Origin: a virus
Lineage: Duplodnaviria > Heunggongvirae > Uroviricota > Caudoviricetes
Direction: 5' to 3' (one strand)
DNA length: 64,000 nucleotides
Virus record (IMG/VR): IMGVR_UViG_3300042922_000323
Coordinates: 60,977 to 124,976 of that record
Positions 30,091 to 38,973 of the stretch are shown here, one piece after another. How positions within the stretch are numbered: the stretch's first letter is position 1; every line of letters begins with the position of its first letter. The notes below the pieces were generated by a model, which saw only the letters and a program-made list of their open reading frames with translations, did no database searches and was not told the DNA's origin. The position numbers and the translations under genes are program-made.

Positions 30091-30328
30091 GGGACATCAC
30101 CCTCTCCTTGGATATTTCCCCCTCACATAAATAGAGTAGTCCTTTTAGCAAATACTCAATCACTGGCATAGTTTACGTAAAAAGTTGATATTTTGAGTAT
30201 CTGCCCGTATTATCCAGCTAAAATAGCTTCTTCCTTAGATTTTAGAATTATCATAAATATCCATATTTATGGGTTTTTAGTAGTTTTCTGTTATAATATA
30301 ACAAAATTCTACATGGAGGTGTTTCCCA

Positions 30329-30913
30329 TTGCTTCAAATATTCTTAACAGAGTCACAACCAGAAGACTTTAAACAGGTGAATCAGAATTTGTTCCCAGAT
30401 GCACCTACTAAATGCATGTTCAAAGATTGTAATATGCCAGTGAAGATGCATAAGCATGGGTATTATAAAAGGTATGTTATAACTCAAGGATTTTGTGATT
30501 ATGTATATATAAGAAGATATATATGTCCGAGTTGTAAGCATACAGTTTCTTTTATGCCAAGTTTCCTAACCCCTCAGTTTCAGTATGTAACGCCTTACGT
30601 TATAAAGTTTCTTCAAGATTATTTCTACAGCAACCAGTCAATAAGGAAGTATACTGACCAATTTTATAAAGAAAATGGTCATTTCAGTCGCAGACATCTA
30701 AAATATTACTCAAACCGTTTATTTTCTAATCATAAATCTATTCAACAGTACTTTATCTCAACTAAGCAAAACTGGGTTAATGTAGATGATATGAAAGATA
30801 GCAGAACATTCGTAAAAGTATTTTTAGAAGAAGTTAATTCAGCATCTATAAACCACTTGCTATGGGACTTTTTTTCTAAGACTGGTAGCAGTATCTTATC
30901 CCCAAATAATTAA
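30329..30913 (+). CDS. ISL3-type transposase N-terminal zinc-finger-like protein (194 aa). There is no DDE domain, so it is probably a transposase remnant or a domesticated zinc-finger protein.
   Basis: The motif …CNMPVKMHKHGYYKRYV…YIRRYICPSCKHTVSF… matches the zf-ISL3 pattern. TTG start with RBS GGAGGT. An extended -10 (TGTTATAAT) lies upstream. Confidence 0.4.
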   Translation: MLQIFLTESQPEDFKQVNQNLFPDAPTKCMFKDCNMPVKMHKHGYYKRYVITQGFCDYVYIRRYICPSCKHTVSFMPSFLTPQFQYVTPYVIKFLQDYFYSNQSIRKYTDQFYKENGHFSRRHLKYYSNRLFSNHKSIQQYFISTKQNWVNVDDMKDSRTFVKVFLEEVNSASINHLLWDFFSKTGSSILSPNN

Positions 30914-31195
30914 TATACATAACAACATAACTTACCCAGTTCCGAGACCGCTCATTATGTATTATTCTATTTTCAGCACCAAAGAATATTTGAAAATTGA
31001 CAATTTAATCAAAAACTGTTGGAAGTATCTATTGATTTGAAAATTGACATTTTCAAAAAATTTTCCCAGGGGTGTTACGAAGCCACACCCCCGCCGAAGG
31101 CTGTAATCCAAAAGCCAAGGCACTGGGGGGGTCTCACGCTTACGCTTATGTCGGCTGTTAATTCTCTTCCAGTGCCCATACTTCCGAAAATAGTT

Positions 31196-31230
31196 TGTTG
31201 ACGGTTTGTGTGAACGGCGGTATGGTATCG
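31196..31230 (+). promoter_or_regulatory. Sigma-A-like promoter: TTGACG, 17 bp, TATGGT.
   Basis: Read directly: ttgacggtttgtgtgaacggcggtatggtat. It sits at the start of a ~330-nt GC-richer untranslated segment before the 31561 gene. Confidence 0.45.
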
Positions 31231-31560
31231 GTGTCAGCTTGGTCACCACGACAAGCAGACAAAGCAAGACAGCAAGACAGTACAAGTTCTTTGAAAAGTT
31301 TATATACTGTGCTTTAAGCACAGCCGTTGCGGGTTCGGTGAGTAATCCGCCACGAAGTCCCCAAGGCAAGTATCGCATTAGCGTACCTAGTACGGGACTG
31401 GGAACACTTAGCAAGCACTTAGTGCTAAGCAAGTACCGACTGGTTGAACCAGTTAGTGCAGAGCATTGTCTGACAACACACAGTCACACAGGCAAGGTAC
31501 TCAACAGGGCTACTAGACAGTATCTAGTATGCTACTTTTAAGTGTTGAGGTGTTATATTA

Positions 31561-31958
31561 TGCCAAAAGTAGAAAGAAAAATCAGTGTACAGAACGTGAC
31601 TATCGAGAACAAGAAGTATATCCAGGTGTTAATCCCTGACTATGAGCAGAACAAGGAGCTTTTGGAGCTTGAACTCTCTAACTCTGGTAATAGCTTTAAT
31701 TACGCTAATACTAGGGAACAGGCAGGTTACTTGACAGTACAGGTTAATACCTACGTCAAGAAGGACACTATGGAGTTATTAAAGGCTCACGAAGCATCAG
31801 AGGACGCTAAAAAGCGTATGCGTGAAGAGTCTGAGAAGACCGCTCAACTAGCTCAAACCGTTGAGAAGTTAAGCCCATTGCTTAATAACCCGAATCTTGA
31901 CAAGCTGTTATCCCTTGACCAGGATAAGCTTACAGCGTTACTGGCAAAAGTTAAATAA
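31561..31958 (+). CDS. Hypothetical protein (132 aa).
   Basis: ORF track. I trimmed the start to an ATG with RBS GAGGTG. Confidence 0.5.
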
Positions 31959-32063
31959 ACCCCATGTGGGACACGGCACTAGTAGCCGTGTTGAGTACCT
32001 TGATGTGTGACCGCCCATAATGTGTCTTATGGGCGGTGAATATATTACTCTAGGAGGATGACC

Positions 32064-32453
32064 ATGTATAAGCCATCAGTAGGTGCTAGACAACAGAGTA
32101 AAGGACACACAGCCCCACTTAGGGACAGTGTTAATATACTCTTTGATATAGCTATAGATTCAGTCAATAAGTCTGAGAAAGAACAAGGACGTAAACTAGC
32201 GTTCATCATGCGACAGCAGGACGCAGAACTAACGTACAAGCAACTTTGGAACAAGTATAACTCATGCCCACATTGTCGCCTAACACTCACTTCTAGTGGG
32301 TTTTGTGACGAATGTGGTTATCAAAAACCACGTGGCACATGTAAGACCTGTGCCTTTAACCAAGAAGGTAAGTGCCTTAATAGACAAGGCGTTGAAGGAC
32401 AGAAGATAGATGTTATCGAGCTTGATAGGTGCGATAACTGGGCAAGGGCTTAA
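32064..32453 (+). CDS. Zinc-ribbon protein (…CPHCRLTL…CDECGY…CKTCAF…).
   Basis: ORF track. RBS AGGAGG. Confidence 0.5.
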   Translation: MYKPSVGARQQSKGHTAPLRDSVNILFDIAIDSVNKSEKEQGRKLAFIMRQQDAELTYKQLWNKYNSCPHCRLTLTSSGFCDECGYQKPRGTCKTCAFNQEGKCLNRQGVEGQKIDVIELDRCDNWARA

Positions 32454-32831
32454 AACCCTTCCCACTTCTTCTTTTAAAGCCTTTGGACTAGAGGGGAACG
32501 TCTGCCCTTTTATCTAAAAGGTGTAGTATGTACTTGTCCTAGCGGCTTTGATTTAAACTGGGACTATCCTAGTGGATTTGGTTCAAACATGGAAACTTTT
32601 AGCAATATTTCACTGCTCATAGGCATACGTTGAGAGAGCGAAGCCTAGTAGTTTTGGTCTACGGTGGTGTAGTTATGAGATACACTACCATAGGTCAGGA
32701 CTACGTAAAACGATATAGCTGTGACACTCTAGGAGACATTCTGACACTAGTAATGGTGTGGGTGTACTCCAGTTGTGTTGCACAATATGACGTGTTGTAA
32801 TGACAATGTAGGTGTTTAAGGAGTGATACAA

Positions 32832-33080
32832 ATGAGTGTTGAGCTTAAAAAGATAGTGGACAGTATAGAGTACTATCATATTAACAAGGATGAAACTCTT
32901 ATAGGGGAGTATAGTATATACAAAGACAAAGTGTGTATAGAGTTCTTCTCTGATACTGTTGATGTAGATACTCTATGTTATATAGTTAACCATGTAAAGC
33001 AAGTTGCCCCGCCCGCCATTCAAACAAAGATAATATGCAGGAAACCGAGAGGTGTTGGTAAGGTAGGCATACGTGTATAG
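32832..33080 (+). CDS. Hypothetical protein (82 aa).
   Basis: RBS AAGGAG. It is preceded by a repeated inverted motif. Confidence 0.45.
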   Translation: MSVELKKIVDSIEYYHINKDETLIGEYSIYKDKVCIEFFSDTVDVDTLCYIVNHVKQVAPPAIQTKIICRKPRGVGKVGIRV

Positions 33081-33099
33081 AGTTTAAGGAGGGCTATAT

Positions 33100-33366
33100 A
33101 TGTTTCATACTGAACAAACAGATGTAAGTGAAGTTCTTATATACAGAGAACCAAGAGACATGACTGATGAAAAGAGTGATTGTCTTATAGGCAGTCTTAT
33201 AGATAATGGTTATGTAGTTGGAGTTAGAGCTTCATACACAATTAAGTTAAAGAAAGTAATACATCTACAAGATATGTCTCTACTCTTAGTATATCTCTTA
33301 TCTTATATAGGTGGTGGATTACATATAGAGTGTGATGACTGTTACATTAAAGTAGAGTATGAATAA
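33100..33366 (+). CDS. Hypothetical protein (88 aa).
   Basis: ORF track. RBS AAGGAGGG. Confidence 0.45.
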   Translation: MFHTEQTDVSEVLIYREPRDMTDEKSDCLIGSLIDNGYVVGVRASYTIKLKKVIHLQDMSLLLVYLLSYIGGGLHIECDDCYIKVEYE

Positions 33367-33402
33367 GCCGCCCGCCAACATTAAAAATGGAGGTGATATA
33401 CA

Positions 33403-33636
33403 ATGAGCAAAGGCGACAAAAAGTTAGTCGAAGTTCAAGTGCCAACCAAACGCATATTTGATGAAGTATTTGACTGGATTACAAGTGCTCTTGAAGAAAA
33501 ATTAAGGAAAGATGGTGTTCCCGAAGAGCAAATAGAACAAATATTTGAGGAACAAGTAGAGCCAAAGATACTGAAAGAGTTAACTTTCACACGAAAAGAA
33601 GGTTTTAAAGCAGTTTTTCAGATAAAGGAAGTATAG
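33403..33636 (+). CDS. Hypothetical acidic protein (77 aa).
   Basis: ORF track. RBS GGAGGTG. Confidence 0.45.
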   Translation: MSKGDKKLVEVQVPTKRIFDEVFDWITSALEEKLRKDGVPEEQIEQIFEEQVEPKILKELTFTRKEGFKAVFQIKEV

Positions 33637-33775
33637 TAAAATACTTACCACCAAGTAATAAAAACCCCCAAAACAATAGATATAACCTACATTGTGATTA
33701 CAGCACGTCATGTTGTAAAGGCTAAAGTAATGGCGTGTTGTAATGACTATCTAGGACTCTACAGGAGGTCACAGT

Positions 33776-34111
33776 ATGTTTATAAGTGTTAAGAGGTTAG
33801 TCACAGTTAAGGTGACAAAGTGTGTAGTAATGGTTGGTGGAATGATAGTTGATGTTGTTCCTATGATTGAACTTACTGCCGAGATAGATGAAGTGACTAT
33901 AATATGTGAAGTAGAGAAGAGAGTTAGTAATCCTATTAGAAGTATTAATGATATGTTAGCTAGTATGTCTACTAGTGATATGTCTCCTACTCCTCTATAT
34001 AGTTCTGCTAATAGTAGATGTGATTTATGTGGTAGAGAGATAGAAGATTATATGGATGGAGAGATGTTCACGCCCGCCATGTTCAAAAATAGGATGGGGG
34101 CACTGATATAA
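33776..34111 (+). CDS. Hypothetical protein (111 aa).
   Basis: ORF track. RBS AGGAGG. Preceded by the inverted motif pair. Confidence 0.45.
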   Translation: MFISVKRLVTVKVTKCVVMVGGMIVDVVPMIELTAEIDEVTIICEVEKRVSNPIRSINDMLASMSTSDMSPTPLYSSANSRCDLCGREIEDYMDGEMFTPAMFKNRMGALI

Positions 34112-34295
34112 GTTAGGAGTTGATACAAAGGTGGAATACATTATAAAAAAGCTTGCGGAGGTTCTTCTTCGCCCCTTGAACCCCAAAAAGAAAAAGTAAA
34201 TCCAAATAAACCGAGCCTAGATAGCGATTACAGCACGCCATGATAATGATTGGTGGGTGTGTTGTGATGACAGTGTAGGACTAAGGAGGAACTGT

Positions 34296-34463
34296 ATGGA
34301 TGATAAGAAATTCAAAGCATTACTAAGAATAATTTCATGCCTGTTCTCAGCAATGTTAGCTCATATGTTAGATTGTGATGCACAGGCTAGAACATATATA
34401 GAGCACGGTCAAAATGAGCTAGAATCTCTGATAAATGATGTTAGCCCTAATAAGGGCAATTGA
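34296..34463 (+). CDS. Hypothetical small protein (55 aa; MDDKKFKALL…).
   Basis: An internal Met with a strong RBS (AAGGAGGAA). Preceded by the inverted motif pair. Confidence 0.4.
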   Translation: MDDKKFKALLRIISCLFSAMLAHMLDCDAQARTYIEHGQNELESLINDVSPNKGN

Positions 34464-34472
34464 GGTGACTTT

Positions 34473-34931
34473 ATGGATAAACTTAATATACAAACTAAGC
34501 AAGTAGAAGGTCAACATGGTACATATACAGAGTTCATAGTAGCTGATGAATGTGCTAAGTGTGGTGGAGGTTGTTGTAAACAAGGATATGAACCTGATAG
34601 GGTTTATCAACAGAGATACACTGAGATAGGGATAGCACCCGCCAACCCCAAGCAAGCAGAATTGAAAGATAAGATAAGGGAAGCTCACGGTATAGAATAC
34701 AGGAACTTACTTGATGAAGCACGTACACTTGGATTTAACTTACATCAGTGTAGGTTTCTAAGTGATACTGGTTGTGTAATACCAAGAGAAGAGCGTACCG
34801 AGATATGTCGTACTTATCTGTGTCATCCGTTGTGGACTAAACGAGCCGAAGAAATGAGAAGGCAGGAACGTAATGAGTATCAACGAGAGTACAGAAAGAG
34901 AAAGAAACAATTAGTAGGGGTGAGTGCATGA
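34473..34931 (+). CDS. YkgJ-family-like putative Fe/Zn-chelating Cys-cluster protein (152 aa; CAKCGGGCC).
   Basis: The CxxCGxCC motif is characteristic of the YkgJ (UPF0153) family. Confidence 0.45.
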   Translation: MDKLNIQTKQVEGQHGTYTEFIVADECAKCGGGCCKQGYEPDRVYQQRYTEIGIAPANPKQAELKDKIREAHGIEYRNLLDEARTLGFNLHQCRFLSDTGCVIPREERTEICRTYLCHPLWTKRAEEMRRQERNEYQREYRKRKKQLVGVSA

Positions 34932-34997
34932 GTGGTTGCCCTTTTGAACACGGAATACCGTGTAGTAAATGCCCTGACAAATGTATAGCTAAAGAAG

Positions 34998-35231
34998 GTG
35001 AATGACTTTATACACGTAGAGCTTAAAGAAATAGAAAGTGCAGAGCACGCCACCAAATATTCAATATTAGTTGGTGGTTGTCCTATAGGTGAGTGCTTAC
35101 ATACTAGAGAGATTTATTTGTGTATTACATTGTATAACTCTCATATTGGTATAAGTATACTCACTGCTGTATTGCAAGAAGTAAAAGAGAAAATCCCCGC
35201 CGCCAAGAGCGTAAAATTTGAACACGATTAA
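34998..35231 (+). CDS. Hypothetical protein (77 aa).
   Basis: ORF track. Confidence 0.35.
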   Translation: MNDFIHVELKEIESAEHATKYSILVGGCPIGECLHTREIYLCITLYNSHIGISILTAVLQEVKEKIPAAKSVKFEHD

Positions 35232-35307
35232 TATGTTTAGTCCTACACTGTGATTACAGCACACCCATTATCAGGTGTTCTATAATGCTTGTTGAGGAGG
35301 GTTTGTT

Positions 35308-35469
35308 ATGATAAAGATATTTAATATAGTCGCCATATTACTTGTGGCGGCTTTGTTTTTAGCTATCTTTAAACTTACGGGAGCAGTGTGCATATTTGTA
35401 AGTTTGATTATAGTAATTGGTATATGTGTGGTTCTGTTCTATGAAGCAGAGTCCAATACTACAGAATAA
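35308..35469 (+). CDS. Small membrane protein (53 aa, two predicted TM helices). It is not in the ORF track because it is under 60 aa.
   Basis: Translated by hand: MIKIFNIVAILLVAALFLAIFKLTGAVCIFVSLIIVIGICVVLFYEAESNTTE. RBS GAGGAGGG. Confidence 0.4.
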   Translation: MIKIFNIVAILLVAALFLAIFKLTGAVCIFVSLIIVIGICVVLFYEAESNTTE

Positions 35470-35484
35470 GTGAGGTGATTGGGT

Positions 35485-35889
35485 ATGGAAGACAGGTTTT
35501 TAATAGATAATCAAGTGGTGTTACGTTTGGTTAAAGAGTGGTCTGAATATGGCAGGCTTATTATAGCGTTTGACGTTGATAGTACTGTTAAAGACTATCA
35601 TAACCTTGGTGATACATACCCAAGAGTAATACAGTTGCTAAGGGATTGCAAAGAGTTTGGTGCTCACTTAGTAGCATTTACTGCCTGTGAGGAATCTCAG
35701 TTCCCTGATATAGAGAAGTATTTACACGACAATAACATACCTTATGATGGTATCAACAAGTCCCCCGACTTTGTACCATTCAAGGGTAGGAAAATATATT
35801 ACAACATACTGTTAGATGATAGAGCGGGACTACGTTCTGCGTATCTATGCCTTAAAGAAGCACTACGAGTAATGAAGGATGGTGATTAG
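35485..35889 (+). CDS. HAD-superfamily phosphatase (5'(3')-nucleotidase or PNK-phosphatase-like), with motif I FDVDST and a DD motif (NILLDD).
   Basis: The DxDxT nucleophile motif read in the translation. Confidence 0.55.
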   Translation: MEDRFLIDNQVVLRLVKEWSEYGRLIIAFDVDSTVKDYHNLGDTYPRVIQLLRDCKEFGAHLVAFTACEESQFPDIEKYLHDNNIPYDGINKSPDFVPFKGRKIYYNILLDDRAGLRSAYLCLKEALRVMKDGD

Positions 35890-36118
35890 GTTGGGTAAGG
35901 TTTTAAGTCAGCTACAAATAGATAGGCTTGTAACAACAATGACTAATGGTAAGTGTAGGTATTGTCAGTATAAACACTTTTGTATACCTGATGAATGTTT
36001 AACACGTAGCCAAGATGATGGCGTATGAAAGCCCCTTAATGGGCATTATAGAATACCTGATGAATCGTAGGCACAGTACAATGCTCACTACAAAGAAATA
36101 ATGTGTTGAGGTGATTAT

Positions 36119-36457
36119 ATGTATAACTTGGGTCAAATTGTTTATCACGTTCCTACAGAGCGTGTTATTTTATATGCAGGTACAAATATTCAAGATGGTA
36201 TAGCCGCCACCGTTTGCTATGATGAAATACTACAGCCGTTGGTAGGCATTGATTTAAAAGATGCGGTAGCTCTTAGAAATGGTAGAACAGGTAATGTAGC
36301 ACTAGGAGCACTGCACATGGCTGAGCATCTAGGTGTTATGCAAATCAAAGAAGATGCTAAAGCATTTGCAATTCAGAAGCTAAGAGAGTCCGCCCTTAAA
36401 GTTAAGGTCGGTTTATTAATTCCACAGATAGAGAAGGTTGAAGAAGCCGCAGTTTAA
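36119..36457 (+). CDS. Hypothetical protein (112 aa).
   Basis: ORF track. RBS GAGGTG. Confidence 0.45.
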   Translation: MYNLGQIVYHVPTERVILYAGTNIQDGIAATVCYDEILQPLVGIDLKDAVALRNGRTGNVALGALHMAEHLGVMQIKEDAKAFAIQKLRESALKVKVGLLIPQIEKVEEAAV

Positions 36458-36525
36458 TACCTTTGTAGTGAGTGTTGTGATGTGCCTAATTAGACGCACT
36501 ATAATACCTATTAGGAGGTACACAA

Positions 36526-36672
36526 ATGAAAACTGCCGAAGAAATCAAGTTTGACCTGTTTTGTGACAGGTTGTTTAAATATGGTACATACGCTATGACA
36601 AGCCTTATATGGTTAGGCATAGCAAGTTTAGTAATTCATAATACGATGATTGGTTTGGGGGTGATTCGATGA
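36526..36672 (+). CDS. Small membrane protein (48 aa).
   Basis: Hand-translated MKTAEEIKFDLFCDRLFKYGTYAMTSLIWLGIASLVIHNTMIGLGVIR. RBS AGGAGG. Not in the track because it is short. Confidence 0.35.
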   Translation: MKTAEEIKFDLFCDRLFKYGTYAMTSLIWLGIASLVIHNTMIGLGVIR

Positions 36673-36926
36673 ATCCTGGTCAGTACATAACATTACAAAT
36701 AGCTAATGTTATATGGTTCTTGATTATGTTGATTACTATGCCACTATGGATAATACCAGTGATATTGATAGCCGCCGCCGTTGGTGGTTTCAAGTACTTC
36801 TGGTGGTTCTTCAAGATATGTTATGTATCATTCAGAAGTGTATTTAAGTTACCACAATGTGTTGAACAAACAACACTTTGCATATCCGCTATTAAGAAGA
36901 GTGAGAGGTGGTCAAATATGAGATAA
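36669..36926 (+). CDS. Membrane protein (85 aa).
   Basis: ORF track. Hydrophobic helices. Confidence 0.45.
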   Translation: MNPGQYITLQIANVIWFLIMLITMPLWIIPVILIAAAVGGFKYFWWFFKICYVSFRSVFKLPQCVEQTTLCISAIKKSERWSNMR

Positions 36927-37160
36927 CACCGGCAATACAATCTTTGACCTTAAAAACTGAATATTAAATTTAGAAGAAAGGGTAAACAAGATAGTTTATC
37001 TATTTCCTGAGAATTATTTGTGTAAAATGACTATTTCAAACATCAAGCCCTGTGAGTGCGGGGCTTGATATACCCCTTTAATAAGTACTATAGTGTGCCT
37101 AATAACTATATCGTGTAGGCTTTTGTATAATGTCTTCAATAATTACAGGAGGAATCCCAA

Positions 37161-37382
37161 ATGACCAAGGATACAAGGAAATCACACGTTGAGAATGTAA
37201 TGGAAGCACTTTCATTAGTAGGTGATTATGTTACAGCTAACCACATTAAGACATGTAATTGTAATGTGTGCAAAGCTTTAAAGAAAGGCACTGTATCAGC
37301 ACGTGCCTTATATAAAGAAGTATCCCCCGAAGGTGGCAAGATAGATGACGTAAAGCCACCGAGGGTTCACATATCTCACTAA
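37161..37382 (+). CDS. Hypothetical protein (73 aa).
   Basis: ORF track. RBS AGGAGG. Confidence 0.45.
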   Translation: MTKDTRKSHVENVMEALSLVGDYVTANHIKTCNCNVCKALKKGTVSARALYKEVSPEGGKIDDVKPPRVHISH

Positions 37383-37394
37383 GGAGGAATAGTA

Positions 37395-37586
37395 ATGCCA
37401 ATTCAGTACTACGTATTAAAAATCAAAGGTTACCACGAAGTGACCACAAATCTACCAGGTAGCTTCATGCATGGAAGAGATGAAGTGATAACATCTAAGC
37501 CAGTAGATTCACAGACTGCATATGCTATGTGCAGACGATTAAATAATCCAACACAGACAGTAAGAAGGCAGTTACAAACTGCTTAA
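37395..37586 (+). CDS. Hypothetical protein (63 aa).
   Basis: ORF track. RBS AAGGAGG. Confidence 0.45.
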   Translation: MPIQYYVLKIKGYHEVTTNLPGSFMHGRDEVITSKPVDSQTAYAMCRRLNNPTQTVRRQLQTA

Positions 37587-37695
37587 TTAACCATATATTG
37601 AAGACATTATAGAAAACCCTACGGCTTCGCAATCTCAGTCATATTCTGCATAATGCCCTCATACGGGGGTAACTTTTGAAAATGAGGTGATAGTC

Positions 37696-37911
37696 ATGAG
37701 CTACGATGTAAGAGTGGCAAAAGGGACAAAGATAACTCCAACCAGAAGTGGTATGAGAGTTACCAGTGAAAAGGATGGGGTGCGTACAAGCGTTAGCCCT
37801 AATGGAGTCGGTATGAGTATCGACGTAGGCAATGGTATGAGAGTTACCAAGCCGATTAAAGGAAAATCCCGAGTGACGATGCGGGTTGGAAACATGAAGA
37901 TTTCCATGTAA
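37696..37911 (+). CDS. Small protein with internal GMRVT or GMSI repeats (71 aa).
   Basis: ORF track, trimmed to an ATG with RBS GAGGTG. Confidence 0.4.
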   Translation: MSYDVRVAKGTKITPTRSGMRVTSEKDGVRTSVSPNGVGMSIDVGNGMRVTKPIKGKSRVTMRVGNMKISM

Positions 37912-38040
37912 AGTCAACAGGTTGTAGGTAAGCCGTGTGTAAAACCTACCCCCGAAAGGGTGAGTAACACCAGATGTTATGGGTACTATGAGAACCCTTA
38001 AAATAAAATAAATTGGCTATGAGCCAGGAGGATATGAATT

Positions 38041-38802
38041 ATGAATACTAAAAAATTGTTTGGCATTGACACCATCGGAGCTATCGGAGGAGATAGATTC
38101 AAAGCAAGCTTTAATGGCTTGGCTATCAAGAACGATAGGGGCGAGTATGTTACATACGACGCTAAGACAAACACTATCACCAATGTTGGTGACCTTGTGT
38201 TTGATGGCTTCGATACCGTGTTTGCCATCCCAACCCCAGTAGTTACTGTTGGTGACCTCATTCTCAGAGGTGACGAGCCAATGTATGTCAAAGCTAAAAA
38301 CGATGACGGTTCATTGGTTATAGTTAATCCTATCAATGACAGGGAAGAGACTTACTTGCCACAGAAGATGCTGTTCGGTTTCAGAATCTATGTGAAAGTG
38401 TTCTCACTGTTCAGTTCATTCGTTCCAAAGGACGGAGATGTTAAGGATGGTAATCAGTTACAGAACCTTATGTTACCGCTTGCAATGATGGGTGGTTTCA
38501 GTAAGGACGGCAAGGCTGATGGTGGACTGGCTGACATTATCCCATTCATGATGATGTCAAATATGGCAGGTGGAAATGCTGATGCTAACCCACTCGCTTC
38601 ACTGTTTGGTGGTGCTGATGCTTCCAATCCTATGACTGCAATGCTCCCACTGATGTTACTTGGCGGCAAAGGTGACAAAGGCGGACTTGGTGACATGTTA
38701 CCACTTATGTTATTAGGTGGTGGCAATCTGTTCGGAGGAGCTGCTCCTGCCGCTTCCGCAGGAAAGAAGAAATCAGCGAAGGATAAGGTTGATGGGGATT
38801 AA
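38041..38802 (+). CDS. Paralog A of a two-gene family (253 aa). It has a conserved N-terminal domain and a Met/Leu/Gly-rich repetitive C-terminus (MLPLMLLGG repeats).
   Basis: About 60 percent identity by eye with the next gene across the first ~150 aa. The tail is low-complexity. Confidence 0.55.
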   Translation: MNTKKLFGIDTIGAIGGDRFKASFNGLAIKNDRGEYVTYDAKTNTITNVGDLVFDGFDTVFAIPTPVVTVGDLILRGDEPMYVKAKNDDGSLVIVNPINDREETYLPQKMLFGFRIYVKVFSLFSSFVPKDGDVKDGNQLQNLMLPLAMMGGFSKDGKADGGLADIIPFMMMSNMAGGNADANPLASLFGGADASNPMTAMLPLMLLGGKGDKGGLGDMLPLMLLGGGNLFGGAAPAASAGKKKSAKDKVDGD

Positions 38803-38973
38803 TGCTAATCCTTAATAAGTTACCATAATATTTTTGATCGACGCATAAAGCCTTGCGACTGTGAGGCTTTATGCAATTAATAATGTTTATAAAGGACTAA
38901 TTTATTGGGGATTAGTCCTTTTTTCCTGATACCCAAGACAAATACATGTATTTATTCGGAAGGAGAATGTTCC

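Noticed and set aside
30962-31541. ORFs 30962-31432 (minus), 31019-31201 (plus) and 31206-31541 (plus).
   Set aside because: Low-complexity, Pro/Arg/Ser-rich translations typical of random frames in GC-richer DNA. No RBS. The region is better read as non-coding: an IS remnant, a leader or an ncRNA.
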